From assembly GCA_001872285.1 (NCBI GenBank), contig MNXU01000051.1:107-64106 (forward strand): a stretch of 64,000 bases of DNA, given 5' to 3'. Position numbers and translations under genes: made by a program. Position 1 is the first letter of the stretch, and every line of letters begins with the position of its first letter. Below the pieces are notes generated by a model. The model made no database searches and was not told the DNA's origin. It saw nothing but the letters and a program-made list of their open reading frames with translations. The stretch comes from Betaproteobacteria bacterium CG2_30_68_42 (GTDB lineage Bacteria > Pseudomonadota > Gammaproteobacteria > Burkholderiales > Rhodocyclaceae). This document shows positions 62,592 to 64,000 of this stretch, piece by piece.

Positions 62592-63785
62592 ATGCACCCG
62601 CGCGCAGCGCCGCCGCCCCTGATCGCGCATGTGGTGGCGCACTTCGGCACCGGCGGGCTGGAGAACGGCATGGTGAACCTGCTCGATCATCTGCCCGCGG
62701 GCGCCTATCGCCATGCCATCGTTTGTCTCGACGGCTACACCGGCTTCCGCGACCGCTTCGCGCGCACGGACATCGCCTTCCATGCGCTCGGCAAGAAGCC
62801 GGGCAAGGATCCCGCCGTGTGGGGACGGCTCTGGCGCCTGCTGCGGAGCCTGCGTCCCGACATCGTGCACACCCGGAACCTGTCCGCGCTCGAAGCGCAG
62901 TTCGTGGCGGCGGCCGCGGGCGTTCGCGCCCGCATCCACGGCGTGCACGGGCGCGACGTGTTCGATCTCGACGGCAGCCGCTACCGGCGGCTGCGCCGGC
63001 TCGCCAGAGCGCTCGTGCATCGCTACGTCGCGGTGAGCCGCGATCTCGCGCGCTGGCTCGAGACCGGGGTGGGCGTGCCGGCACAGCGCATCGTCCAGAT
63101 CTATAACGGCGTCGATGCCGCGCGCTTCCATCCGCGCGCGGGGGCGAGGCCTCGCATCGGCCCGGAGGGCTTCGCCGGCGAGGATCACATCGTCATCGGC
63201 TCGGTGGGGCGCATGGCCGAGGTCAAGGACTACCCGAGCCTGGTACGCGCCTTCGTCGAGCTGGTGAGCGCGCAGCCCGCGCTCAAGGAACGGCTCCGGC
63301 TTGCCGTCATCGGGGAGGGCGTCGCACGCGAGCGCTGCATCGCGCTCCTCAACGAGACCGGGTGCGCGCAGCTCGCCTGGCTTCCGGGCGAGCGCGACGA
63401 CATCCCGGAGCTGATGCGCGCATTCGACCTGTTCGTGCTGCCTTCGCTCGGGGAGGGGATCTCGAACACCATTCTGGAGGCGATGGCGAGCGGACTGGCG
63501 GTGGTGGCCACCCGTGTGGGCGGAAACCCCGAACTGGTGGAGGATGGCGTGACCGGCACCCTGGTACCCGCGAACGACCCGCAGGCGCTCGCCCGCGCCC
63601 TTGCCCGCTACCTGGCGGAACCGGAGCGGCTGCGCGAGCACGGGCGCGCGGCGCGAAAAATGGCGCAGGAATCGTTCAGCATCGAGGCGATGGCAGGAAG
63701 CTATCTGCGCACCTATGACGATGTCTCGCGCAGCCGCGGGGTCCGCGCACTCGGCGATGCGCGCGCGTGCGGCGAGGTGCGCTGA
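62592..63785 (+). CDS. glycosyltransferase, PEP-CTERM/exosortase-1-associated (GT4)
   Basis: ATG at 62592. HFGTGGLENGMVNL...LPSLGEGISNTILEAMASGLAVVATRVGGNPELV. Confidence 0.85.
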   Translation: MHPRAAPPPLIAHVVAHFGTGGLENGMVNLLDHLPAGAYRHAIVCLDGYTGFRDRFARTDIAFHALGKKPGKDPAVWGRLWRLLRSLRPDIVHTRNLSALEAQFVAAAAGVRARIHGVHGRDVFDLDGSRYRRLRRLARALVHRYVAVSRDLARWLETGVGVPAQRIVQIYNGVDAARFHPRAGARPRIGPEGFAGEDHIVIGSVGRMAEVKDYPSLVRAFVELVSAQPALKERLRLAVIGEGVARERCIALLNETGCAQLAWLPGERDDIPELMRAFDLFVLPSLGEGISNTILEAMASGLAVVATRVGGNPELVEDGVTGTLVPANDPQALARALARYLAEPERLREHGRAARKMAQESFSIEAMAGSYLRTYDDVSRSRGVRALGDARACGEVR

Positions 63786-63787
63786 GC

Positions 63788-64000
63788 ATGTGCGGGATCG
63801 TCGGCATCCTCGATACGCGCGGGCGGCGGGAGATCGACCGCGACGTGCTCGATCGCATGAACGAGAGCCAGCATCACCGCGGCCCCGACGAGGGCGGGCT
63901 GCACCTGGAGCCCGGTCTCGGCCTCGGCCACCGGAGGCTTTCGATCATCGACCTGTCGAGCGGGCAGCAGCCGCTCGCCAACGAGGACGGCAGCGTCGCC
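63788..64000 (+). CDS. asparagine synthase (glutamine-hydrolysing)-type amidotransferase, exosortase-A-associated (5' part only)
   Basis: MCGIVGILDTRG...HHRGPDEGG...GHRRLSIIDLSSGQQP is an Ntn class-II glutamine amidotransferase N-terminus. It runs off the window. Confidence 0.85.
   Translation, partial: MCGIVGILDTRGRREIDRDVLDRMNESQHHRGPDEGGLHLEPGLGLGHRRLSIIDLSSGQQPLANEDGSVA

Overview
64-kb, high-GC (roughly 65-70% by eye) chromosomal window. Gene content and order suggest a denitrifying betaproteobacterium of the Rhodocyclales (Azoarcus/Aromatoleum/Thauera-like); that taxonomy is inference. I support about 58 protein genes. I recognised no rRNA, tRNA, CRISPR array, transposase or integrase.

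Left to right:
1. Cytochrome P460 and HxlR, followed by a 3.97-kb segment (frameshifted MalT/SARP-type regulator plus a lipoprotein) bracketed by a 68-bp direct repeat.
2. An ArsS-type radical-SAM gene with a metallophosphoesterase, a divergent NikR coupled to a PAS histidine kinase, then an MFS transporter and a rhodanese.
3. An Azoarcus-type (bzd) anaerobic benzoyl-CoA operon at 10982-24847: reductase N-O-P-Q, ferredoxin, three accessory genes, an NADPH:ferredoxin oxidoreductase-like BzdV, hydratase, dehydrogenase, ring hydrolase and an OYE-family flavoenzyme. Every long intergenic spacer in this operon is filled by a heptad-repeat hairpin element.
4. A vapBC toxin-antitoxin pair.
5. A minus-strand glpR-like/glpD/mgtC/ugpCBAE operon that ends in an EEP-family phosphoesterase.
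6. A methyl-accepting chemotaxis protein and CbpA/CbpM.
7. Two convergent NAD(P)-linked 2-oxoacid:ferredoxin oxidoreductase operons. One is a korAB type with a GltD-like subunit plus an extra flavoprotein. The other is a four-subunit type with a fused PorD/GltD/ferredoxin subunit, interrupted by an 82-bp AT-rich perfect hairpin.
8. LysR and CobA.
9. An XrtA (exosortase A)/PEP-CTERM exopolysaccharide locus that runs to the window edge.

The most unusual signals are non-coding or architectural: the heptad hairpin family, whose stems are fully paired only in the mRNA sense (through G-U pairs); the MITE-like hairpin; the duplication-bracketed insert; the redundant NADP-linked oxidoreductase modules; and a degenerate GIY-YIG-like tail on BzdV.

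All calls come from reading the translations and the DNA. No database search was run, and family names are recalled knowledge.
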